Part shown: positions 17,439-24,825 of the stretch, piece by piece
Layout: each line of letters opens with the position of its first letter
How positions within the stretch are numbered: the stretch's first letter is position 1
IMG/VR virus record: IMGVR_UViG_3300032291_000616
Span: 1 to 55,601 of that record
Direction: 5' to 3' (one strand)
Length of the DNA stretch: 55,601 nt
Source of the DNA: a virus
Taxonomy: Duplodnaviria > Caudoviricetes
The notes under the pieces: model-generated
Told to the model about the DNA's origin: nothing
The model's database searches: none
What the model saw: the letters and a program-made list of their open reading frames with translations, nothing else
Position numbers and translations under genes: made by a program

Positions 17439-17591
17439 TCAGAAGGGTGCGTCAGGAACTTGGGTCAGGTCAAAGCGCGGCTTGCGCGTGCGCTTGATCT
17501 TCACCGTGATGAACTTGTAGTGGTCGGCGGGCTTCTCCCACACCCAGCGGGTGACCTTGCCCATGTAGTCGAGGATGCCGTACTTAATCAT
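17439..17591 (-). CDS. Small basic hypothetical protein
   Basis: Likely start MIKYGILD with GAGGAG RBS; 50 aa. Confidence 0.6.
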   Translation of the reverse strand: MIKYGILDYMGKVTRWVWEKPADHYKFITVKIKRTRKPRFDLTQVPDAPF

Positions 17592-17601
17592 GGTCTTCTC
17601 C

Positions 17602-17937
17602 TCAGTAGTTCTTCTCGATGACGGCCAGCATCTCAGCGACGCCAGCAGAGATGTCGGTGTATGCCTCGAGTTCATTGGGGTTCTGCGCGGCCTGATCTGT
17701 CTTCTCGGCGTAGTCGCCTTGGATCAAGATGCGATCACCGGCCCAGCGACCGATCATCGAATGCTCGGGGAAGTCGCCGCCCCCACGCCCGTTGCTGTTT
17801 GCCAGCAAAGCAAAGAGTGCGGTGCTGGTGCTTGCGATGTGACCGACCTGCTCGTACAACTTGAGACCGTTGTCGATGGCGTGCGGGTTGATGCGTTCTT
17901 TTTTGTCTAGGTTGTAGACCTCGTGATACTGTCCCAT
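17602..17937 (-). CDS. Conserved phage hypothetical protein
   Basis: MGQYH..YNLDKKE, GLKL.EQ, GRGGGD, GRWAGDRI...GDY. Confidence 0.8.
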   Translation of the reverse strand: MGQYHEVYNLDKKERINPHAIDNGLKLYEQVGHIASTSTALFALLANSNGRGGGDFPEHSMIGRWAGDRILIQGDYAEKTDQAAQNPNELEAYTDISAGVAEMLAVIEKNY

Positions 17938-17963
17938 GATTCGCTTTCCTTTCGCTTTGAGAT

Positions 17964-17977
17964 GGGGCCGAAGCCCC
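17964..17977 (-). terminator. UUCG hairpin between genes
   Basis: GGGGC-TTCG-GCCCC; no U-tract. Confidence 0.4.
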
Positions 17978-17982
17978 GGGGT

Positions 17983-18186
17983 TTACTTGTGGATGATGTT
18001 GGCGAAGCGGGTGTCCACCTCGGCCTCTTTGACGGTGTCGTAGCCACGCACACCGCAGGTCTTGTCGTCCATGAAGACGTAGTCGTTGTCGAGGGTCACG
18101 ATGATGCTGTTGCCAAGGTGGCGCTCGTCATCGATGTGAGCGATCCAGCCACGTTGGGCCAGCATCTTGTCGAGTGTCTTGCTCAT
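17983..18186 (-). CDS. Hypothetical protein
   Basis: 67 aa; GGAGG RBS. Confidence 0.7.
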   Translation of the reverse strand: MSKTLDKMLAQRGWIAHIDDERHLGNSIIVTLDNDYVFMDDKTCGVRGYDTVKEAEVDTRFANIIHK

Positions 18187-18198
18187 GCTGGCCTCCGA

Positions 18199-18486
18199 TT
18201 ACTTGCTGGTGACCTTGACCGAGAACACGGCGCTGGTCTTGCTGTACTTGGCGATCTGGTCGGCGGTGATGCCGAGGTCAGCGCACAGGGTCTTGTAGTC
18301 GACTGTCGAGCGGTTGGTCTCGATGTAGGTGGCCTTGAACAGGTCGCCTTCGACAACCTTGGCACCGCCTGCGCTGGCGGCGTCCTTGATGCCGTCCTTG
18401 ATGGCGTCGGCTTGCTTGGTGAGTTCGGCAATCTGGGCCAACAGTTGACCGAGGGTGTCGACTTGGGTGGTAGTGATTGTGTTCAT
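18199..18486 (-). CDS. Conserved phage hypothetical protein
   Basis: 95 aa; N-terminal coiled coil, EGDLFKAT, R.TVDYK. Confidence 0.75.
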   Translation of the reverse strand: MNTITTTQVDTLGQLLAQIAELTKQADAIKDGIKDAASAGGAKVVEGDLFKATYIETNRSTVDYKTLCADLGITADQIAKYSKTSAVFSVKVTSK

Positions 18487-18541
18487 GGTTTAACTCGCTT
18501 TCGTTGTTACCTGACGGCTTGATTGCTTGGTCAGTGGTGTT

Positions 18542-18569
18542 AGTATAACCCAGAGTTAAACCATGTCAA
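18542..18569 (-). promoter_or_regulatory. Near-consensus sigma70 promoter with dyad operator
   Basis: TTGACA-16-TATACT with AT-rich upstream sequence; GTATAA-N7-TTAAAC at 18543-18561. Confidence 0.75.
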
Positions 18570-18590
18570 CACCTTTTTGCAAATTATTTT

Positions 18591-18881
18591 CTAGGTAGTT
18601 TCCCCTAGTTGTTGGCGGACGTCGGCCAGCAGGTCAGCCTCGTCGAACCCCCAGTGCTTAGGGAACCCCTTCGTCCCGAGGCCATGGAGGCCCGTACGGC
18701 CCCTGTGATGCTCTGGGCATAGTGGGATGACGTCCATGTGGCTTGCGCGTCTTCCAGCCCCTGTTCCGGCCCTTGGATGATGGAGTTCCGCCGGGGTGCC
18801 CGGGTAACCCATGCGGCGGCAGACCGCACAGCCCAGTTCGGCCACCCGGCTCATGTGCTTTTTCTCAGCCAGTGTGGTCAT
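18591..18881 (-). CDS. Ref-like (recombination enhancement) HNH nuclease
   Basis: Likely start MTTLAEKKH; GCAVC...AELHH...VIPLCPEHHRG..GLH. Confidence 0.8.
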   Translation of the reverse strand: MTTLAEKKHMSRVAELGCAVCRRMGYPGTPAELHHPRAGTGAGRRASHMDVIPLCPEHHRGRTGLHGLGTKGFPKHWGFDEADLLADVRQQLGETT

Positions 18882-18883
18882 GG

Positions 18884-19225
18884 TCAGCCCACCATCAGTT
18901 TCGGTGGCCGTGGCATCTCGACGTCCATCGGACGCCAGAGGTGCAGGCAGTTCTTGTGGATGTTGACGTAGTCCGACTTCGGCGGGTGGTACTGCACCAC
19001 GCAGTCGTCCTCGTCCCAGAAAAGGTCTTTGACTTGGCACATCTCTTCCCACGTTGGGCATCGGTCGTCACGCGAGACGCTGACGTGTTCCCAGCCCATG
19101 CCATTGCTGGCGATGACGCGCACGCGCTGGCTGTGCTTGAGCGTGATCTCGAACAGCCCATTGGTCTCGTCACCCGGCCCATAGGCCGGATGTGTGACTC
19201 TGAATTTATCGGGGCAGTGGAACAT
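18884..19225 (-). CDS. Conserved phage hypothetical protein
   Basis: GWEHVSVS...RCPTWEEMC.VKDLFW.....VVQYHP....YVN.H.NCLHLWRP. Confidence 0.85.
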   Translation of the reverse strand: MFHCPDKFRVTHPAYGPGDETNGLFEITLKHSQRVRVIASNGMGWEHVSVSRDDRCPTWEEMCQVKDLFWDEDDCVVQYHPPKSDYVNIHKNCLHLWRPMDVEMPRPPKLMVG

Positions 19226-19458
19226 CAGTCATTCCTCTCTTTCGCCCATTCGTTGCGGATGCCCGCCACCCAGCCAGCGTTGAAGTGACGACGCACCTCA
19301 TCGTTGCTGGCTGTGCGTGGCGCACCCGGGTTATCGAGGTAGTCGTTGAATGCATCCTCAAAACTCTTCACTCGCAAGACCTGACGCTTGCGCCAGCCCT
19401 CGGCCTCTTGTCGGCGCTCCAACTCCATCCATGCCTCCTCTTCTGGGTCTTCAATCAC
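19225..19458 (-). CDS. Hypothetical protein
   Basis: Probable GTG start (IEDPEEEAW) with GGAGG RBS. Confidence 0.55.
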   Translation of the reverse strand: MIEDPEEEAWMELERRQEAEGWRKRQVLRVKSFEDAFNDYLDNPGAPRTASNDEVRRHFNAGWVAGIRNEWAKERND

Positions 19459-19666
19459 GGACGCCTCCTTCGCGATTGATCTTGAAAAAATAGTCGTCGC
19501 GATACTCTGTGGGCGGCACGAAGCCATGGCGCTTCCATGTGCCCATCACATCAGCGCCGCGAGTCCACACCTTGCCCCATGGGGTGGCGTGGGTCTCTTC
19601 TTCTTTTTGCACCGGCACCATGTCGGCAACCAGCATCAATTTTTTCTTTCCAAGTTTTGCAACCAT
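19451..19666 (-). CDS. Hypothetical protein
   Basis: 71 aa; ADVMGTWKRHGFVPPTE; AAGGAG RBS. Confidence 0.7.
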   Translation of the reverse strand: MVAKLGKKKLMLVADMVPVQKEEETHATPWGKVWTRGADVMGTWKRHGFVPPTEYRDDYFFKINREGGVRD

Positions 19667-19667
19667 T

Positions 19668-19811
19668 TCAGTTCTCCTTACCAGTGATCCCGAGATACAT
19701 CGAATAAACCATCAGCGCCGCCCCTGCAAGACCCAGCCACATGGTTTGGAAAATCCATGTGTCCAGTTGCAACAGAAAGGCACCGCCAACCATGCAAAGC
19801 CCGTACCTCAT
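19668..19811 (-). CDS. Small two-TM membrane protein
   Basis: Likely start MRYGLC at ATGA overlap; two hydrophobic segments. Confidence 0.55.
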   Translation of the reverse strand: MRYGLCMVGGAFLLQLDTWIFQTMWLGLAGAALMVYSMYLGITGKEN

Positions 19812-20143
19812 ATCGTTGCTTTGCCTTCGGCGCGATTGTTGGCCTGCTCGGTGCGCCAAATCTCAACACGGGCCTGTGCGCCGATCAAGTCCCAGCGCAA
19901 CTTCTCTTCGATCTCGACAGCCTCCTTGAGACCGATTAGCAATGCGACGTAGTCGTCGTGACTGTATGCCTCGCGCTCCTGTGCATTGACAGCAGTCTCC
20001 ATCGAACGCTTCATCAGAATGGCCTTGAGAGACTTGCGGTACTCCTCGAGGTACACGCGCTCCGCTTTGGCTTTCGCAAACTTCTTTGCGTTGGCGATGA
20101 TGTAGTCGACCGCCTTGTGTGGGTCGCGATGGTCAGTAGACAT
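19808..20143 (-). CDS. Conserved coiled-coil phage protein
   Basis: AKAKAER.YLEE.RKS.KA, AQEREAY, EIWRT.QAN.R. Confidence 0.8.
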   Translation of the reverse strand: MSTDHRDPHKAVDYIIANAKKFAKAKAERVYLEEYRKSLKAILMKRSMETAVNAQEREAYSHDDYVALLIGLKEAVEIEEKLRWDLIGAQARVEIWRTEQANNRAEGKATI

Positions 20144-20270
20144 TGCGGCCTCCGAACTTGCGACGGTTGCGACGGATCACCATGATGATGAAGACCACCA
20201 CGCAGAACCAAAACATGAGTCCAGACATCGCCATGAACGTCCAGAAAAAATTACCGAATGAATCAAACAT
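20133..20270 (-). CDS. Small single-TM protein (45 aa)
   Basis: Manual translation MFDSFGNFFWTFMAMSGLMFWFCVVVFIIMVIRRNRRK...; AAGGAG RBS. Confidence 0.6.
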   Translation of the reverse strand: MFDSFGNFFWTFMAMSGLMFWFCVVVFIIMVIRRNRRKFGGRNVY

Positions 20271-20775
20271 TGCCGCTCTCCTTTTTGATATTTGCCCAGT
20301 TGAATTGCTCCGACATCATCTCGTCGAAGTCGAAGTGCTTGCCGAAGCAACCACGGAATGTGACCTCTTCATCCTCGAAGCCCCAGACCTTGTTGTCGTA
20401 GATGTGAACAGCGGATGGCACGGCCACCAGCCCGTTGATAAAGTCCCAGCCGCGTAGCGTTGCACGCCAAATTCCAGACCGCTGAGACTTGGATTCGATC
20501 AGACCCCAATGCTCGAGCAGGGAGTACGTTTTGCTCTTGAGCATCCAGCGCGGGCCTTTAGCCTGCACGTCGACCCAGCCATCGTCATCGCCGTTGATTG
20601 CGATCCAACGCAGGCACAGCGCAAGGTGCTGGCTGAGTTTGGTCTTATAGACCTTACCCCACTTGCCACAGCAAGGGCAGTACGCACCGTCGCTCTCGAT
20701 GCTCTTGTTCCAGTTGTTCCGCATCTTTGCAAGGAAGAGTCCCTCGCCTTCAAACATATCAAATTGCTCTGTCAT
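20263..20775 (-). CDS. Hypothetical protein with CPCCG knuckle and probable winged helix
   Basis: 170 aa; YCPCCG, L..WGLIE, G.WR.T.RG..F. Confidence 0.75.
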   Translation of the reverse strand: MTEQFDMFEGEGLFLAKMRNNWNKSIESDGAYCPCCGKWGKVYKTKLSQHLALCLRWIAINGDDDGWVDVQAKGPRWMLKSKTYSLLEHWGLIESKSQRSGIWRATLRGWDFINGLVAVPSAVHIYDNKVWGFEDEEVTFRGCFGKHFDFDEMMSEQFNWANIKKESGNV

Positions 20776-20977
20776 TTTTAATCCTTCGCTTTATGGTTTC
20801 AATAAATTTTTCCGCCGCCATTCGCTTCATACCGTTGTCGCACCGCTCCCTGTACCGCTTCGTTTTGTCGATCAATTCGTTGCGCTCCCATTGAATGGCC
20901 GCTTCCCAAATCCTGATCCCCGCATCGTTGATGCCGTACTGACCGAACAGGTGTTCAAACGCCTCTTTGCTCGTCAC
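20759..20977 (-). CDS. Hypothetical protein
   Basis: Probable GTG start TSKEAFE with GGAGG upstream. Confidence 0.55.
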   Translation of the reverse strand: MTSKEAFEHLFGQYGINDAGIRIWEAAIQWERNELIDKTKRYRERCDNGMKRMAAEKFIETIKRRIKNDRAI

Positions 20978-21122
20978 GCTCTTCCTCCTCTCTTTCCATC
21001 CGATCTGCCATGCTCCACGCATCGGTAGCGATGTCGTCGATGTCGCCGTCGTAATACTTGTCCATGATTAGCGCCATCATTGCCATGCCAGCCCAAATCT
21101 GTTTCATGCTTGGCTCACGCAT
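20955..21122 (-). CDS. Hypothetical protein
   Basis: MREPSMKQIWAGMAM..., AW.MAD.M motif common in small phage proteins. Confidence 0.65.
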   Translation of the reverse strand: MREPSMKQIWAGMAMMALIMDKYYDGDIDDIATDAWSMADRMEREEEERDEQRGV

Positions 21123-21330
21123 CTTTCTTCTCCTCTGGAAAGAGTGCATCGCCTGCGGCGTTTGGGAACTTCGCGCCCCACGCCACCAACTGCAACACGT
21201 CCATCTTTTCCATGAACCCGTCGACAGCACTGATGCGATACACAACCTGACCGAACTCATCCTTCATCTTCACGATGCCGACGGTTCCCTTGCTTGACGT
21301 GAACCACGTCCAATCCATCACCTCGTTCAT
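21115..21330 (-). CDS. Hypothetical protein
   Basis: Likely start MNEVMDW at ATGA overlap; WGAKFP..AG..LF. Confidence 0.65.
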   Translation of the reverse strand: MNEVMDWTWFTSSKGTVGIVKMKDEFGQVVYRISAVDGFMEKMDVLQLVAWGAKFPNAAGDALFPEEKKDA

Positions 21331-21728
21331 ACTTCGCTCACTTTCACTTTCAACATTCCGCCGATTGGCTCGGCCCAATAAATTCGCAGGTCAACGATGT
21401 TGGAGTCGTCTTCCCACACGCCCGCATGAGTGCAGGCATCCAGCACCGCCTTGAGCAGGTTGTCCAAATCGCGGCGGCGGTTATCTGGCCGGTACGCCTC
21501 GATCTCGACCCGCATCTTCCCCGCGTAGTGCTTTGCGCCACGCTGAATAAGCACCTGATCGGCCACCGACTTGCGGTACTCGCGCCCCTTGGCCGAAATG
21601 ATCATTCGACCTTGGAAGGTGCGCCAGTAGGTGTTGACCGATGGAGGCCAAGGCAATGTGAACTTGATACTGTTTTCGTTCTTACGAACTACTTCGCTCA
21701 GTTCATGCGTGAGTTCTTCAAGTGTCAT
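21327..21728 (-). CDS. rusA: RusA-family Holliday junction resolvase
   Basis: LPWPPSVNTYWR, PD.RRRDLDNLLKA.LDA, G.WEDDS. Confidence 0.92.
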   Translation of the reverse strand: MTLEELTHELSEVVRKNENSIKFTLPWPPSVNTYWRTFQGRMIISAKGREYRKSVADQVLIQRGAKHYAGKMRVEIEAYRPDNRRRDLDNLLKAVLDACTHAGVWEDDSNIVDLRIYWAEPIGGMLKVKVSEV

Positions 21729-22018
21729 TGGCGTTGGCTCGGAATGCGATTGAGGATGTCGTTGGCAAGAGGCGAGTTGAAGTTCTCGTCGTCTTCTTTA
21801 CCAGCCAGTTTGGCCTCGTATGCATAGGCCATCTCTGCACACGCTTGGCGCTCGATAAAAATGGCCTGCTTGGTGGTTTGTATTGCCACCGCCATGATCT
21901 CTGCCTTGGCTTGTGCCATAGCGTCCTCAAACTCTTTTGCGGTGAACAACTGTTGACCAGTGCCCTGCGCGAAAAATCGTTTTTGAAAATCCGTCAATTC
22001 AACTTTGCTCATTTCCAT
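21725..22018 (-). CDS. Hypothetical protein
   Basis: ORF overlapping rusA start; ERQACA motif. Confidence 0.65.
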   Translation of the reverse strand: MEMSKVELTDFQKRFFAQGTGQQLFTAKEFEDAMAQAKAEIMAVAIQTTKQAIFIERQACAEMAYAYEAKLAGKEDDENFNSPLANDILNRIPSQRQ

Positions 22019-22260
22019 TCTCCTTCGTTACCTCGGTTACCTTTGATCCATTGATCTCTAACATCTTTTTCAAGATTCGATTCGGGGTGAAGTTCGTTCC
22101 ACCCTTTCTTCCAGCGCCCAGTGTGGTCACTGTAGCCACGGAGCCAACGGTATGCACCATCACGATCTTTAATCCGCATCTTGATGACCTCCCGAACGAG
22201 ACAGCGGTACATATGCTCACGGTCTCTGGCTCTTGCAATTTCTTTTTCCTCGGCATTCAA
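22009..22260 (-). CDS. Hypothetical protein
   Basis: 83 aa; ATGA overlap with helicase stop; W.KGNRG..G.W. Confidence 0.65.
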   Translation of the reverse strand: MNAEEKEIARARDREHMYRCLVREVIKMRIKDRDGAYRWLRGYSDHTGRWKKGWNELHPESNLEKDVRDQWIKGNRGNEGEWK

Positions 22261-23261
22261 AATGATCCTCCACCGTCAAATGACATCGCCACCGCGCCAG
22301 CCATCTCTGTGAACTGCTGACTGTCTTTGTCGTACCACAGCGAGAACCAATCCTCTGCCTCACCGTTACGTTGCTTCTCACACATCAGCATGGCGTCAGG
22401 CAACTTGTCGTCGACCGTGCCCTTCTTTTGCTTGTCGTGTTCTTTCTTTTTGTTGCGCCACATTAGCAAGACGTTGTCCACCTGATCAGCAATCGCGCCG
22501 GTGCCCTTGATGTCGTTCTTGTTTGGTTGCAACTCTTCGTTCTGCAACTTGCGGATGTGGTGAATCAGGTGAATGTGGATGTTGTGATCACGGGCCACAG
22601 CGGTGATCTCGTCGACAAACATCTTCTGTGCGTTGTAGTCATCCTCACCGGGCACGCACTTCATCAATGAGTCGATGAAGACGTGACTGACGCCCAACTC
22701 CATCGCGCAATACCGTGTCACCGCAATCACTTGTTGCGTGGTCACCGTACCCTGCTGGTCGTATAGCCACAGGCGGTCACCGGCAAACTGGTGAAAGCGA
22801 TCGAGCAACCTGCCCATGTACTTTTCTTTGGACATGAACTTAGGGAACTCGATGTTCTCGCCAGCGAACTGTCGGAGCATCCGGTACAGCGTGCGCTTAG
22901 GCTTCATCTCAAAAGACTGAATGCAGATTTTCTGGTTCTGCTTGATCAGGCTCAATGCAATCTGACCCGTGATCAGTGACTTGCCGCCACCGTTTGAACC
23001 AGCGTACAAAGTCACCTCACCGGGCCGAAAGCGGAAACTGTGTTCGGTCTTAGGCCACGGCATGGTTTGCGTGACTTCTTTGACCGGGTTCGCAATCTCA
23101 TCGCGCAACTCATCCAACAAGAGACCGACCTCACGTACCTTGTTGGTCAGGTCATGGGCTTTCAGATATTTTTCAACGTCCACATCTTCCGGCTTGAGCA
23201 GTCGGACTTTGCGGGCCTCGTCGAGCGCCTTCGCACGCTCTTGGACATTAGACATTTGCAT
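22257..23261 (-). CDS. SF4 (DnaB/T7 gp4-like) replicative helicase
   Basis: FRPGEVTLYAGSNGGGKS Walker A, VFIDSLMK Walker B, HLIHHIRK, KG.GAI.DQ.DN, EKQRNG. Confidence 0.9.
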   Translation of the reverse strand: MQMSNVQERAKALDEARKVRLLKPEDVDVEKYLKAHDLTNKVREVGLLLDELRDEIANPVKEVTQTMPWPKTEHSFRFRPGEVTLYAGSNGGGKSLITGQIALSLIKQNQKICIQSFEMKPKRTLYRMLRQFAGENIEFPKFMSKEKYMGRLLDRFHQFAGDRLWLYDQQGTVTTQQVIAVTRYCAMELGVSHVFIDSLMKCVPGEDDYNAQKMFVDEITAVARDHNIHIHLIHHIRKLQNEELQPNKNDIKGTGAIADQVDNVLLMWRNKKKEHDKQKKGTVDDKLPDAMLMCEKQRNGEAEDWFSLWYDKDSQQFTEMAGAVAMSFDGGGSF

Positions 23262-23682
23262 AGTGCATTACCTCTTCAATTCGCTGTTGTGCCACTTTCA
23301 AGCGCTCGTTGTCCTCATCGGTCAACTTCCTGCCTTTACGCAGGTCGCTGGCGCAGATGCTGACCACCAGTGCCTCGAACGCAAGGATGCGGATGAGGTC
23401 GCTGGCGTAGAACGCGGGTTTGAGTTTTGGTTTGCCCTCGATGGGGTAATCGCGGCGTTTGTTGTCTGGCGGGAACAGGTCGGTCATGTCCATGCCCAAT
23501 GCCTGCACCACGCTCAAGGTCTCACATCCTGCAAAGCAGTGCAAGAGAACCCGGCCATCGTCTGCCTCGCGGATCGCAAGGGACGGGCCTTTGTCGTTGT
23601 GTGCAGGACAGCAGGCAGTCCATGAGCCGTTGCGGCCCTTGACTTTTTGAAGTCGCGACAACATGACCTCGACAGGGGTCAT
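23248..23682 (-). CDS. Primase CHC2 zinc-binding domain protein (no TOPRIM)
   Basis: CCPAH.D..PSL.I......LLHCFAGC; only 144 aa. Confidence 0.85.
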   Translation of the reverse strand: MTPVEVMLSRLQKVKGRNGSWTACCPAHNDKGPSLAIREADDGRVLLHCFAGCETLSVVQALGMDMTDLFPPDNKRRDYPIEGKPKLKPAFYASDLIRILAFEALVVSICASDLRKGRKLTDEDNERLKVAQQRIEEVMHYANV

Positions 23683-24326
23683 ATCACTCTCCGGCCCTGA
23701 GCCACAGCCTGCTCGGGGAAGTAGTCGTCCTCCCAGCGGCGCTGGTTGATGTACGTCATCGGGGCAGGCTCAAAACCACCAAGCCACTGCTCTGAGGTCT
23801 TCAGGTCGTTGACGTTGTTGATGATGACTTCGGCCACCTGATCGAGGTTGTGCTTTTCCCACTTCGCCAACACAGCGGCCTTGCCGACCTTGCGTTTTGA
23901 CGCAGGCCATGCGGCCCAAAATTCTTCAAAGCGTGCCGCCGACAATGTATTTATATTCTTATTCTTATTCTTCTTAGGGTTCGTGTTCGGTTTCGGTTCG
24001 GTTACCGATTCGGTTTTCTTCGGCCTGCCGCCTCGCTTCCCGAGGGATCGGTTTGTCTCGACTTGATGCTGATATTTCGCTATTTCAGCATCACAACGTG
24101 CGTTTCGATACCCCTCTTCGGTACGTTCGAAAAATTCCCCCAAAACCGATTCGGTAATGTCCAAATCGAGGCGGATTTTGCGGGCCACCATCGTGGCATC
24201 GAGCGGGATCGGAGCCTCACTCATGTAGTACAAGTCGAGCAGGCGACGGTACGCGAGGTCTTCGGCGTCTGACAGGTGCGTTGTGTGGGTGATGTAGTCC
24301 CCGAGATGGAATTTGTACCAAATCAC
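23679..24326 (-). CDS. DUF1376/YdaU family replication initiator
   Basis: WYKFH.GDY...T.HLS..E..AYRRLLD.YY.SE.P; C-terminal FEEFW..WP..RK.GK...W...P.TY.NQ.RWED. Confidence 0.88.
   Translation of the reverse strand: MIWYKFHLGDYITHTTHLSDAEDLAYRRLLDLYYMSEAPIPLDATMVARKIRLDLDITESVLGEFFERTEEGYRNARCDAEIAKYQHQVETNRSLGKRGGRPKKTESVTEPKPNTNPKKNKNKNINTLSAARFEEFWAAWPASKRKVGKAAVLAKWEKHNLDQVAEVIINNVNDLKTSEQWLGGFEPAPMTYINQRRWEDDYFPEQAVAQGRRVI
23944..24051. repeat. Putative replication origin (AT-rich tract plus TTCGG iterons) inside initiator gene
   Basis: AT-rich TATTCT repeats 23944-23976; TTCGG at 23986, 23992, 23997, 24009, 24019; palindrome ACCGATTCGGT at 24004 and 24145. Confidence 0.55.
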
Positions 24327-24532
24327 TTGATCTCTCCAAAAAGGTCTGGCCGAAGCGTCTTGCGCTTAACCTTTCCGTTGGTAAATTTCTCGATCATCAG
24401 AGCGAGACCGGCACTGGGAACCTCACGGCCCGAGACGATGAGAGACATCCACGTCTTGCTCACCCCCAGTTTGTTCGCGAGTTCGATCTTCGAACCGCGT
24501 GGTTTATCTCGGAAATACTCTTCAAGTGTCAT
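24323..24532 (-). CDS. Cro/YdaS-like HTH regulator
   Basis: LANKLGVSK..MS.I..G...PS..LA..IEK.T.GKV....LRPDLF. Confidence 0.88.
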   Translation of the reverse strand: MTLEEYFRDKPRGSKIELANKLGVSKTWMSLIVSGREVPSAGLALMIEKFTNGKVKRKTLRPDLFGEIK

Positions 24533-24548
24533 CTGACCTCCTGTGTTG

Positions 24549-24634
24549 GTTTAAGTGGATCATACACCAAGCAAAAATAAATGCAAGGGGGTTGTATGTC
24601 AGGGTTAAACGTGCTACAGTTGAGCCTTGTTTAA
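24549..24634. promoter_or_regulatory. Divergent sigma70 promoters
   Basis: Leftward TTGCAT-16-TATGAT (24586-24559); rightward TTGTAT-17-TACAGT with extended TG (24592-24620); GTTTAA/TTAAAC half-sites at 24549, 24605, 24629. Confidence 0.65.
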
Positions 24635-24648
24635 CCTGAAAGCGAATT

Positions 24649-24825
24649 ATGCACGACGAAGGTGAAGCACATCAAGCGATGCTTGAACGAATGCAAATGC
24701 TCGAGGAAGCCCTTCACCGGGCCGAGACGGGCGTTGCTACCGAAGACGACTGGAGCGTCATCCGCTTTGAGTGCGGTGCGCCCAGAAGTCAAACTTTGAA
24801 ACCTGAAATTGAATGGAGTGAATGA
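24649..24825 (+). CDS. Hypothetical protein (58 aa, not in ORF track)
   Basis: Manual translation MHDEGEAHQAMLERMQMLEEALHRAETG...; first gene after the rightward promoter. Confidence 0.65.
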   Translation: MHDEGEAHQAMLERMQMLEEALHRAETGVATEDDWSVIRFECGAPRSQTLKPEIEWSE

